From Trueperaceae bacterium (GTDB lineage Bacteria > Deinococcota > Deinococci > Deinococcales > Trueperaceae): DNA of 64,000 nucleotides. Where the stretch lies: NCBI GenBank assembly GCA_965213705.1, contig OZ243913.1:4182950-4246949 (forward strand), given 5' to 3'. Below the pieces are notes generated by a model that saw only the letters and a program-made list of their open reading frames with translations, was not told the origin of the DNA and made no database searches. The translations under genes and the position numbers were made by a program. This document shows positions 1 to 8,795 of the stretch, in pieces (the first letter of the stretch is position 1; every line of letters starts with the position of its first letter).

Positions 1-302
1 CGGAGCGCCCGTATTTTCCCCTGCAGTACCGGCCTGGCAGAGACCCCAACATCTACCTCAGCCCCGACCAGCAACTCAGCCGTTTCGAACAGCGCCCGCT
101 GCACCTCAGCTTGGCCGCTTATGAGGCGCGCACGGGCGTGCGCGTCGACTACGTGCTCGTCTGGGGAAGGGTTGAAAAGGTCAGTTCCCAGCCGGACGTC
201 GTCGACCTGTACAACCAACTGGACAGCGATTATGAGTTGGTTTCGACCTCGAGCCCCAGAGGGCTCCTGCACGTCTACCGGCACCGCGCCAGCCTCAACT
301 AA
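1..302 (+). CDS. C-terminal part of a gene that starts before the window, probably the soluble tail of a membrane glycosyltransferase-like protein
   Basis: Open frame ending at TAA 300-302, followed directly by the AAGGAG RBS of the next gene; the tail (DYVLVWG...YELV...LHVYR) resembles GT-C C-termini. Confidence 0.45.
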   Translation, partial: ERPYFPLQYRPGRDPNIYLSPDQQLSRFEQRPLHLSLAAYEARTGVRVDYVLVWGRVEKVSSQPDVVDLYNQLDSDYELVSTSSPRGLLHVYRHRASLN

Positions 303-312
303 GGAGCAAGCT

Positions 313-1758
313 ATGCTCAAGTCTGACAAACGCCTCTCGCTCCTCGTCTGGGCGCTGCTGCTCGGCTCGACCGCGCTGATTTTCCTGCTCGGCCAGGTGC
401 GCTACTTCGACCACGACGAGTTCGAGGCGCTGCACACCGCCTGGAAGATGTTCAGCGGCGAGGTGATTTACACCGACTTTCTGCAACACCACCACCCCTT
501 TTTGTACTATCTCCTGCAGCCGCTTTACCACCTGTTCGGCGCGGGCGTACCGGTTATCTTGGCCGCGCGCGTCGGTGCCGCCGCGCTGCTCACCGTGACC
601 CTGGGTGTGACTTACCTCATCGCTTTCGAGCTGTACCGCGACCGGCTCGTCGCCCTGACGAGCGCTTTCTTTCTCGCCGGCTTCGCCCTGTACGTTGACA
701 AGATGTTAGAGGTCAGGCCCGACGTGCCCATGAGCCTGCTGGCGCTGCTGGGCACCTACTGCGTGCTGCGGGCGCAGCGGACGCGGCAGCGCTGGCTGTT
801 GGCGCTCGGCGGCCTGCTGTTCGGACTGGCGTTTATGTTTTTGCAAAAGGCGATTGTGCTGCTGTTCGCCGTCGGCGTGGTGCTCTTGGCGCGGCTGTTC
901 ACCCGACAACTGCGCTTCGTCGACTTACTGGTCTTCGGCGGCGCGGTGTTAGTGCCCGTTCTTCCCTACGCTTTTCACCTGCTGGCGACGGGACGGCTCG
1001 AGACCTTTCTCTTTTACAATTTCACCTTCAACACCCTTTACTACCGGCTGCGCGGCTGGGAAGTTTACAAGCTTATCGACAACGTCAGCACCCTGTACAA
1101 GTACAACGTCATCGTCGTCGCCCTGTTTCTGTACGCGGCTTTCTTTTTGCCCAAAAAGCGGCTCGAGTGGGAACTGCTCGTCTTTGTCGCGGGCGTGCTC
1201 GGCTTCACCTTGCTGACCGGACGCCACAACCCCCAGTACTACATCCTGGCGTTTCCCTTTATGGCGGTGCTGGCGGCTCGAGCCTTTTGGGGCGTGTTGC
1301 GGCCGCGGCCGGCCGTGGCGGCGCTGCTGCTGCTCGTCATCGTCTATGGCACCCTGGACAGGGACCACGGGTACTTGGTGGCGGGGAGCGGCACGAACGC
1401 TGGGCAGCTCGAGCAGGTCGAACACGTGTTGGCCTTGACCGAGCCCGACGACTACGTCTACGACGGCAACATCACCTTCAACTTGTTCCGCCGCGACATC
1501 GGCTTCGTGTGGTGGATGACCGGCGAGCCTTACAAGGCGATTCAAACGCTGGAAGAGTTGAGAGACTACGACTACGACGTTTACGAGCTTATCGCGGAGT
1601 ACCAGCCCAAAATCATCAGCGACTTCGGAATACCCGACATGAGCCGACCCGTCATCGCCGACCACTACGTCCAGGACGAAGTTTTCCCGGACCTTTACGT
1701 GCGCGTGTCGGCTGCCGGCGGCGACGAGCGCGCGGAGGGCGGGCAAAAAAGCCCCTAG
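313..1758 (+). CDS. GT-C fold membrane glycosyltransferase (ArnT/PMT-like)
   Basis: RBS AAGGAG then ATG 313; many TM helices; acidic DHDE motif after TM1, YTDF...HHPF and EVRPD motifs typical of the family. Confidence 0.75.
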   Translation: MLKSDKRLSLLVWALLLGSTALIFLLGQVRYFDHDEFEALHTAWKMFSGEVIYTDFLQHHHPFLYYLLQPLYHLFGAGVPVILAARVGAAALLTVTLGVTYLIAFELYRDRLVALTSAFFLAGFALYVDKMLEVRPDVPMSLLALLGTYCVLRAQRTRQRWLLALGGLLFGLAFMFLQKAIVLLFAVGVVLLARLFTRQLRFVDLLVFGGAVLVPVLPYAFHLLATGRLETFLFYNFTFNTLYYRLRGWEVYKLIDNVSTLYKYNVIVVALFLYAAFFLPKKRLEWELLVFVAGVLGFTLLTGRHNPQYYILAFPFMAVLAARAFWGVLRPRPAVAALLLLVIVYGTLDRDHGYLVAGSGTNAGQLEQVEHVLALTEPDDYVYDGNITFNLFRRDIGFVWWMTGEPYKAIQTLEELRDYDYDVYELIAEYQPKIISDFGIPDMSRPVIADHYVQDEVFPDLYVRVSAAGGDERAEGGQKSP

Positions 1759-1901
1759 AGAACTGTGAAGGCTGCAGCTCTCAAATTCTACAGGCAGTTG
1801 AGACGGCAGCGTTGCGGCCTCGTTTGTAAGTCCCTCGGTCCAAAAGGCGACCTCTCTTGTCAAGGGGGCAAGGTCGACAGCCGTTTTGTTCGGTTTTTTA
1901 T

Positions 1902-2043
1902 ACCCTTTCCCTTTGTTCCCTTAGAAATAAATCACGAGTGGAGCGAGAAGAAACGGATACGAATTCCAATAGGGAAGCGAATAGTTTTAAGGTTTATGAG
2001 CTGTATTGTCGAAATCCATGTCAGCTGTAGGGTCGGAATCCGT
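1902..2043. repeat. Dispersed intergenic repeat, copy A (homologous to 24073-24192)
   Basis: Shared colinear blocks CCCTTTCC, GTTCCCT, AGCGAGAA, GATACGAA, CAATA-GGAAGCGAA, AGCTGTA, GGAATCCGT. Confidence 0.7.
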
Positions 2044-2044
2044 T

Positions 2045-3022
2045 TTACTTACGGGTCAGTCTCGCCGCGATGACGGCAGGGTCTTGTACCTGCGTGTCGG
2101 CGCGACTTCTCCAAAAAGCCACAACTTCCCAGAAAACGACCGGCAGGCTTATCAACGACAGCAGCCAGTAGGCGTAAAGCGTGTAGCCCAAACCTATCAG
2201 CGTGGCTTGCTCGGCGCTGGCGTGGGCGCTGAGCAGGGCGACGAAGGCGGCGTCGCGGGTGCCGATGCCGCTGATGGTCAGGGGCAACAGCCCCGCTAAA
2301 ACAGCCGGCGGGAACACGCTGTAGGCCACCGTCACGCCGAAGGGCGCGCCGAACGCTTGGCCCAAACAGTAGACCGTGAACCCACCCGCCGCCCAGGTAA
2401 GCAGCGAGCCCGTCAGCGTTTGAGCGATGGCCGCCGTGTCTTTGAGCCAGCGCACGAACACGTCTTTGAAACTGCTCAGGATGCCCACCACTTTGCCGGG
2501 CAGCGGCAGCTTTTTAAAGGGCGTGAACAGCACCACGCCGAAGACGACGGCGACGCCACCCAGCAGCCCGGCACCGGCCAGACTGCCCCACACAACGCCG
2601 CTGTGCAAAGAGCCCAAAAGGGCGAGCAGGCCCAAGACGGCCAAGTCTACAAAGCGCTCGAGCAGCACCGTCCCGACCCCTTGGGTAAACCCGCCCTGTT
2701 TGCGCAAGTAGCCGGCCTTGGCAGCGTCCCCCAACTTTGACGGTAAAAAGCTGTTGAGCACGTTCGCCATAAGGACGGCGCGCAAGCTCGTCAGGTAAGG
2801 AACGCGCACGTTGCCCAGCGCCCGCAGCACCCCGCGCCAGCGCAGCACGGCGCTGAAGGGCATACTAAAGGTGAGCAGCGCGGCCAGCACCAGCCAGCGC
2901 TTGTCCGCACCCGCCACCAGCACCCGCGCTTCCTGTAAGTCGATGCGGCTTAAGAGCAGCGCGACCAAGCCCACCGACACGACGACGCTGCCGACCGCCA
3001 GGATGAGGCGTTTTTTAGACAT
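2045..3022 (-). CDS. Lysylphosphatidylglycerol synthase TM region / UPF0104 flippase-like membrane protein
   Basis: LRWRGVL, NSFLPSKLGDAAK, ERFVD and LPLTISGIGTRD motifs; about 8 TM helices; start overlaps the upstream stop. Confidence 0.8.
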   Translation of the reverse strand: MSKKRLILAVGSVVVSVGLVALLLSRIDLQEARVLVAGADKRWLVLAALLTFSMPFSAVLRWRGVLRALGNVRVPYLTSLRAVLMANVLNSFLPSKLGDAAKAGYLRKQGGFTQGVGTVLLERFVDLAVLGLLALLGSLHSGVVWGSLAGAGLLGGVAVVFGVVLFTPFKKLPLPGKVVGILSSFKDVFVRWLKDTAAIAQTLTGSLLTWAAGGFTVYCLGQAFGAPFGVTVAYSVFPPAVLAGLLPLTISGIGTRDAAFVALLSAHASAEQATLIGLGYTLYAYWLLSLISLPVVFWEVVAFWRSRADTQVQDPAVIAARLTRK

Positions 3023-4769
3023 GGCCCGCTTCGACACTTTTAGCAGCGACACTTTGGGTAGCGACACTTTGGGTAGCGTCACCTTGACTACCGACGCCTT
3101 CGCCGAGGGCGACCCGAGTCTTGGTGAGTCGGCGGCTACTGTTGAGCTGCTCTATTTCAGCCGCGCTCAGACTGACACCGGAAACGTCCAACTCTTGAGA
3201 CTGGAAGTAGCGCGACTGCGGCACGTAGCGCACAAAAAACTCGTCGCCGACGGCGAGCGACGAGACTTTGACGTCGCCCGTAAGCTCTACCGTGTCCGTC
3301 ACGCTCACTTGGTCGCCTATACGAACCTCCCGCTTGAACTTGACCGGCGCGGGGCGCTGGCCTAGCATGAGGGTTTTGCGGATTTGGCCTTTGAGCAGGT
3401 GCGCCAGTCTGGGCGACCAGCCGATCAGCAGCAGCACCCCTCGGAAGGCTAAGTTCTTGGTGAGGTTGAAGACCTTGTGGGACGGCACCCACTGGCAAGT
3501 TCCCGCCACCTCGAAGCCTTTATCGTCCTGCGCCACCCGGTAGCCAGGGTCTATCCACTGGCTCGTGAAAGTTTTGCCCTCGGTCGTTGTACCGATGACG
3601 CCGCAGTCGTTGAAAAGAAGCGCGCCATCCGCCAGGTCGAAAGTTTTGACCACGCCCCCTTTGGCTAGGTTGGCCGCCAGGTAGTAGCCGGGCATCTTTT
3701 TGACATAAACGCGGGCGCGTTCGAAGTAGCGGGTAAAAGGTTCGCGCTCGAAGGGCAGTTCGGGTAGCTGGGCCGGGCGCTCCTGGTAGTCCACGTAGGC
3801 CAGCAAAAATTCCGGCACCCGGTAAACCAGGTAGCGGTCGGAGATGATTTCGGGCGGGACGAGCTTGTCCGCCGCCAGGCCTTGCAGCAGGTGCTCGGCG
3901 ACGGCGCCCGCCAGCGGCACCTCCGCGGCCAGCGCTTCGTAGCCGTGGCAATAAAAGTGCAGCGTGTTGCGGCTGCCCAGGCTGCCGCCGTAAAAGCCGT
4001 TGGGGTAGGCGAAGTAGCTGCTCATCTCGACCGAGTCTCGAATCACCTCCAGCAGCCGGGGGTCGCGGTTGTCCTGGTAGATTTTCGCTAAAAACGACAC
4101 CGTCGCCGACAAGTAGCCGGGGTCTATGCCGTCGTACTCTCTTGACCAACCCTCTTCGGTCTGGTACTCCAAAAAGCCCGTCCAGACGCGCTCGTAACCG
4201 TCTCTAAGCTTTTCCTCTTTGAGCAGCGCGTAGGCTTTCCACACGGCCAAACAGGCCATCGCGTGGTGGTTGGCTAGGTGGTCCTCCTCGGACTCGCCCG
4301 CGGCGACGAAGTAGGCCGCCTTGCGCACCGCGTTTTCGACCTTGCGGCGCAGGTCGGCGGGCACCTCGTCGCCCAGCAGGTTCAGCGCCTCTACGGTCGT
4401 GTAGGTGGTAAAGGCCGTCGGCCCGACCCAACCCCGCTCGTAGGGGTAAAACTCGTCGAAAGAGCCGTCGCGGTGCTGGATGTCCGCCCAGAAGTTCAAG
4501 CCCGCCAGCGTCCACTCGAGCACCTTGGGGTGCTGATAATAAATGTTTCCCGGCATCGGATGTTTGTAAGCCAGCGCCAGCGCGTGGACGGCGAACTGCC
4601 GCACCGCGTCGGGAAAGTCCGACGTTTTGTCCAGCCAGTAGTCGCGGTGAAAGCAACCGTAGGTCGGCGAAAATGGGTTGCGGTCCTGGTTGCCCAGGAT
4701 GCGCGGCAGCTGTGACAGGGCTTTTTGAGCGTAGACGCTGCGCTCGGCGCGGTTAGGGTTCACGTTCAC
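3015..4769 (-). CDS. Uncharacterised 584-aa cytoplasmic protein, predicted alpha/alpha-toroid plus beta domain (heparinase/epimerase-like)
   Basis: Long ORF overlapping both neighbours; QHRDGSFDE, ANHHAMA and EGWSREYDGIDPGY motifs; no signal peptide; fold assignment is inference. Confidence 0.6.
   Translation of the reverse strand: MNVNPNRAERSVYAQKALSQLPRILGNQDRNPFSPTYGCFHRDYWLDKTSDFPDAVRQFAVHALALAYKHPMPGNIYYQHPKVLEWTLAGLNFWADIQHRDGSFDEFYPYERGWVGPTAFTTYTTVEALNLLGDEVPADLRRKVENAVRKAAYFVAAGESEEDHLANHHAMACLAVWKAYALLKEEKLRDGYERVWTGFLEYQTEEGWSREYDGIDPGYLSATVSFLAKIYQDNRDPRLLEVIRDSVEMSSYFAYPNGFYGGSLGSRNTLHFYCHGYEALAAEVPLAGAVAEHLLQGLAADKLVPPEIISDRYLVYRVPEFLLAYVDYQERPAQLPELPFEREPFTRYFERARVYVKKMPGYYLAANLAKGGVVKTFDLADGALLFNDCGVIGTTTEGKTFTSQWIDPGYRVAQDDKGFEVAGTCQWVPSHKVFNLTKNLAFRGVLLLIGWSPRLAHLLKGQIRKTLMLGQRPAPVKFKREVRIGDQVSVTDTVELTGDVKVSSLAVGDEFFVRYVPQSRYFQSQELDVSGVSLSAAEIEQLNSSRRLTKTRVALGEGVGSQGDATQSVATQSVAAKSVEAGHV
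3032..3080. repeat. 15-bp tandem repeat (CGACACTTTGGGTAG-like, about 3 copies) encoding ATQSV-ATQSV-AAKSV
   Basis: Read directly from the sequence. Confidence 0.8.
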
Positions 4770-5718
4770 TCCTCAAACGGGCGCTCGACTTGTCAATCAG
4801 GTCGGCCAACATCCCAGTGGTAAGGACTTGGATGGCGGAAATAAACAGGATAACGCTGACCACCAGTAGCCCCCCGCCCGCGAACAGGCGGTAGAGCAGG
4901 GTGAGCAGGCTCGCTAAAAACAGCGCAAAGCTGATGGGCAAAAAGATTCGCAACGGGTTGAAGTACATGACGGTGCGAATCACCAACTGCGTAAAGCGAA
5001 TCGTGTCCTGGATGGGTTTGATTTTGGAGTTGCCCTGGCGGTGCTGGTAGTCTATCGGCACGTACTTCACAAAGTAACCGTCCGAGAGCATCGCCAGCGT
5101 GATGGTCGTGGTAAACGAAAAACTGTCGGGCAGGATGTGCAAAAAGCCCGTGACGACCTGCTTGTTCATGACCCGGAAACCCGAATTTAGGTCGGGAATG
5201 CGCGTGCTTGACAAGTAGTTGGCAAGCTCGTTGAGCGCCTTTTTGGCGGGCTTGCGGACGAGGGGGATTTTGACGTTGTCCCCGGTCCTGGCTCCGACAA
5301 TCATGTCGCTGCCGCTCTGCCTATAATCCCGAACAAACTCGGCCATGCGCTCGTTGGGATAGGTCCCGTCCGCGTCGGTGATGACGATGGTGTCGAAGCG
5401 GGCGTTTTTGATGCCGGTCTTGAGCGCCGCCCCGTAGCCCCGGTTGACGGGGTGAACGACCTTGACGAGGTGAGGCAAATCGATGCCCGCCAGCACCTGA
5501 GCGGTGCCGTCCCTCGAGCCGTCGTCCACCGCAATTATCTCGAACACCATGTCGGAGGCCGCCAGGTGCTCGTGAACCTGGCGCAAAGTTTCTTCGACCG
5601 CACCGACTTCGTTGTAAACCGGGATGACGACGGAGGCTCCGGCTTCCGTCGTCGCCGGGGACGCCGTGGGTATTAGGTCCGCGGTGTTGCGGGTTTGTGC
5701 GGGTGAACCTGACTGCAT
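4753..5718 (-). CDS. GT2 polyprenyl-phosphate glycosyltransferase (DPM-synthase-like) with two C-terminal TM helices
   Basis: VVIPVYNE, VDDGSRD, NRGYGAALKTG, DADGTY and DLNSGFR motifs; GGAGG RBS before ATG 5718. Confidence 0.85.
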   Translation of the reverse strand: MQSGSPAQTRNTADLIPTASPATTEAGASVVIPVYNEVGAVEETLRQVHEHLAASDMVFEIIAVDDGSRDGTAQVLAGIDLPHLVKVVHPVNRGYGAALKTGIKNARFDTIVITDADGTYPNERMAEFVRDYRQSGSDMIVGARTGDNVKIPLVRKPAKKALNELANYLSSTRIPDLNSGFRVMNKQVVTGFLHILPDSFSFTTTITLAMLSDGYFVKYVPIDYQHRQGNSKIKPIQDTIRFTQLVIRTVMYFNPLRIFLPISFALFLASLLTLLYRLFAGGGLLVVSVILFISAIQVLTTGMLADLIDKSSARLRSEREP

Positions 5719-6020
5719 ACCTCCCCCTCTCTCGAGCCGTAGCATACCCCTAAACGGCCCTGGAGCGGCTGTAACATTTTTGAAACACTCACACCCGAAC
5801 CGCCAGGAGCCTGGCCCCGCCGCTGTTCACGCTCCACCCGACCCCTCGCGCTCCGCTTTGAGCGCCGTCCTCGACCTCCGCACCGCCCGCACTTTCTGGC
5901 GCGAGCGCGCCCGCAGCACAAGCGCCAGGGTCGACCGAAGCCCGGCAACCTAAACTATTTCGTCAAGTGGGTAACCTCACAAACGCTTCATGAAGTTCGA
6001 CATGCTAAATTGGCTTCAGT

Positions 6021-7028
6021 ATGAACTCAAACACCGGCCCCATCCATTACCGAAGTGTGACGGACTTAAACGCTCAAGTCGTCGCCATGTCGTCTCGTTT
6101 GCCCAGAGACCTAGAAGTCATCGTGGGCGTGCCGCGCAGCGGCTTGCTGGCGGGAAGTTTGCTGGCGCTCCACCTGAACTTGCCGTTTACCGACGTGGAG
6201 GGTTTGGTAGCGGGCCGCGTCTTCACCAGCGGCGCGCGCCTCAGCGGGCAAAAGCAAGAAAACTTGCAACTGGACCTGCTCAACACGAAGCGAACCGTGC
6301 TTGTGGTCGACGACAGCGTCTATGCGGGCAACCAGTTCCGCCTGACAAAAGCGCGGCTTCAGGCGGCCGGTCTGCCCCACACGCTTCGCTACGCGGCCGT
6401 CTTTGTCAGGCCGGATACTGAGGAGCACGTCGACTTTTTCGGGGACGTCGTACCCGCGCCGCGCATGTTCGAGTGGAACTTTATGCACCACAAACACCTT
6501 TCGCTGACCTGCATGGACATCGACGGCGTGCTGTGCCGCGACCCCCTCAAACACGAAAACGACGACGGCGACAAGTACAGCGCGTTTTTGAGCTGCGCCG
6601 ACCCCCTGCACCTGCCGACCAAACCGGTGGGTTGGCTCGTCACCTGTCGGCTCGAGAAGTACCGCGCCCAGACCGAAGCCTGGCTGGCGCAGCACGGCGT
6701 CGAGTACGGCGAACTGGTGATGATGGACCACCCCGACCAAGCGGCGCGGCGGGCGGCCGGAAACCACGGCGAGTACAAAGCCGAGGTGTACCGTAGGACC
6801 GGCGCACAGATGTTTATCGAAAGTTCCATCCGGCAAGCCGTCACCATCGCCGACCTGTCCGGCAAACCCGTCCTGTGCATGGACACGCGCGAGATGGTGT
6901 GGCCGGGCGTCCAACCCGGCAGCCTGGTAAGACCCGAGCCCCCGGCTAAAACCCTGAACGACGTGTTGACGACCGCAAAAAAGAAAGTTCGCAAAAAAGT
7001 ACGCGGTTTGCTGGCGCAGGTCAAGTAA
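6021..7028 (+). CDS. Type I phosphoribosyltransferase domain fused to a HAD-like phosphatase domain
   Basis: IVGVPRSG and PRPP-loop VLVVDDSVYAGNQF in the N-terminal half; HAD motif I MDIDGVLC, LVTCR, K and FIES in the C-terminal half. Confidence 0.75.
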   Translation: MNSNTGPIHYRSVTDLNAQVVAMSSRLPRDLEVIVGVPRSGLLAGSLLALHLNLPFTDVEGLVAGRVFTSGARLSGQKQENLQLDLLNTKRTVLVVDDSVYAGNQFRLTKARLQAAGLPHTLRYAAVFVRPDTEEHVDFFGDVVPAPRMFEWNFMHHKHLSLTCMDIDGVLCRDPLKHENDDGDKYSAFLSCADPLHLPTKPVGWLVTCRLEKYRAQTEAWLAQHGVEYGELVMMDHPDQAARRAAGNHGEYKAEVYRRTGAQMFIESSIRQAVTIADLSGKPVLCMDTREMVWPGVQPGSLVRPEPPAKTLNDVLTTAKKKVRKKVRGLLAQVK

Positions 7029-7053
7029 AAGGCGGACTCGACAGGAGGTGTAC

Positions 7054-7335
7054 ATGCCTCGCTTGTTTGTGGTCGAAGGCGCACTCAGACCAAAGCGACG
7101 CGGTACTTCTGTTTGGGGTTATCTTGACGACCCCCAAAATGCCCGTGTACAAAGTGGAGATGCCGTCACTATACGTAAGAGAGACGGCGCACAGACTTCA
7201 ACAAAGATAGATGGAATTCCCTTGGGTACAACGCATGGAGGTCTAGAAATCCTTTTGGACGCTTCTGTGCAGGAATTGGAAGTAGAAAAAGGCGACGAGA
7301 TATGGGTGCACATGTTTGAGGAGCAGAGAAGCTAA
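7054..7335 (+). CDS. Small hypothetical beta-rich protein
   Basis: AGGAGG RBS then ATG 7054; 93 aa; lower GC than neighbours. Confidence 0.55.
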   Translation: MPRLFVVEGALRPKRRGTSVWGYLDDPQNARVQSGDAVTIRKRDGAQTSTKIDGIPLGTTHGGLEILLDASVQELEVEKGDEIWVHMFEEQRS

Positions 7336-7386
7336 AAATTTCGCCTCTTTTCCCCTGCTCCTCATCTGTTTATAAAGCCTAACGAA

Positions 7387-8478
7387 TTATGGGTTTAGCG
7401 TCACCTTCACCGAGGTCAAACCCGAGGCGACCATGTCGAGGCCCTTTTGAAAGTCCTCCAAGGGCAGCTGGTGGGTGACGATTTCGTCCATCGGCAACAG
7501 GTTTTGCTGCAACATGCGAATCGCCACCGGGTAACAAAACGGCCCCAGGTGCGAGCCGTGGATGTTGAGTTCTTTGCTGTCGCCGATAATCGTCCAGTCG
7601 ACTGTGACGGGTTCGCGGAACACGCTGAATTCGACAAAGGTGCCGAGCTTGCGAATCATCTGCAAGCCTTGTTGCACCGCGCCGGGGTGCCCCGTCGCCT
7701 CGACGTACACGTCGCAGCCGTAGCCGCCGGTCACGGCGCGCACCTCTTCCACCACGTCGGTTTTGGCCGGGTTCAGGGCCATGTCCGCGCCGCAGCGCAC
7801 GGCGAGTTCCAAACGGTCGTCGTTGAGGTCCAGCGCGATGATGCGCTCGGCCCCTTTCATTTTGGCCGCCGCGAACATCCCCAAACCGAGCGGCCCCGCC
7901 CCGGCGATGACGACGGTGTCTTGAAACCCTATATCCCCGCGCTCGACCGCGTGAATAGAGCAGGCCAAGGGCTCGATAAAGACCGCGTGGTGCCAGGGAA
8001 TGTCTTTGGGCACACGGTGGTTCAGCGCGTTCGCCGGGAACACCATGTACTCGGCCCAGGAGCCGAAAGCGTTTTGCCGGAAACCGTAGATGTCGTGAAC
8101 CTGGCACATCCAGTACTGGCCGCGCTGGCAGTAGCGGCAGTTCCAGCAGGGTGTGATTTGCTCGCTGATGGCGTGGTCGCCTATCTCTAAACCGTATTTT
8201 TCACCCGCGCCCGCGCCCAGCGCGACGACCTCGCCGACGAACTCATGGCCGGGGGTCACCGGGGCCTGGCAGTAGCCGGTGCGGGTTTCGTCACCCCAAA
8301 AGAGGGCCGCACCCGAATAGCACTTGATGTCCGAGGCGCAAATCCCGGTGGACTTGACGCGGATGACCACCTCACCGGGGCCGGGGACGGGGACGGAACG
8401 TTCTTCCAAGCGGTAGTCTTCCGGCCCGTGGCAGACCACCGCGGGCATGGTTTTGGGGAGGGTTTCGCTGACGGCCAT
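7387..8478 (-). CDS. eltD: Zinc-dependent polyol dehydrogenase, erythritol/L-threitol dehydrogenase-like
   Basis: GICASDIKCY-G---FWGD, PGHEFVG, CWNCRYCQRGQYWMC, GAGPLG and C-terminal SVKVTLNP, all closely resembling EltD as I recall it. Confidence 0.7.
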   Translation of the reverse strand: MAVSETLPKTMPAVVCHGPEDYRLEERSVPVPGPGEVVIRVKSTGICASDIKCYSGAALFWGDETRTGYCQAPVTPGHEFVGEVVALGAGAGEKYGLEIGDHAISEQITPCWNCRYCQRGQYWMCQVHDIYGFRQNAFGSWAEYMVFPANALNHRVPKDIPWHHAVFIEPLACSIHAVERGDIGFQDTVVIAGAGPLGLGMFAAAKMKGAERIIALDLNDDRLELAVRCGADMALNPAKTDVVEEVRAVTGGYGCDVYVEATGHPGAVQQGLQMIRKLGTFVEFSVFREPVTVDWTIIGDSKELNIHGSHLGPFCYPVAIRMLQQNLLPMDEIVTHQLPLEDFQKGLDMVASGLTSVKVTLNP

Positions 8479-8795
8479 AGGGGTTCCCTTCTTTGAGCGG
8501 GGTCGGTTCGGCACAGCGTCCCCTCGAGCCAGTATAAAGGCTCCCGTACCGCCCCAAACAGCGGTGCGGGCGTTTCGAACGGGCGTGGTTGGTTTGCTAA
8601 AGGTAACGGCGCGGCCGGGCGGCGTTTTCGTGCGTCACCGAAGTGCCGAAACCGGGCAAGGCGGCCTCGAGAAAGAACTTTCCGCTACCTTACCTTCTCG
8701 AGGCGGGGTTCTTCAGAACTGAGCTTGAAACGCCCTGAATCCAAGGGCGGTCGCCCGGCAGGACCGTCACCTGGACGGGCGCGGGTGGCGAGGCC

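Noticed and set aside
121..312. N-terminal 64 codons of the 545-aa ORF
   Set aside because: They overlap the upstream gene in another frame; the RBS supports ATG 313
1765..2073. 102-aa ORF, and the similar 23927-24136 ORF sharing PFPF...SEKK
   Set aside because: The similarity comes from the dispersed DNA repeat, and indels between the copies break the frame, so they are not called as genes
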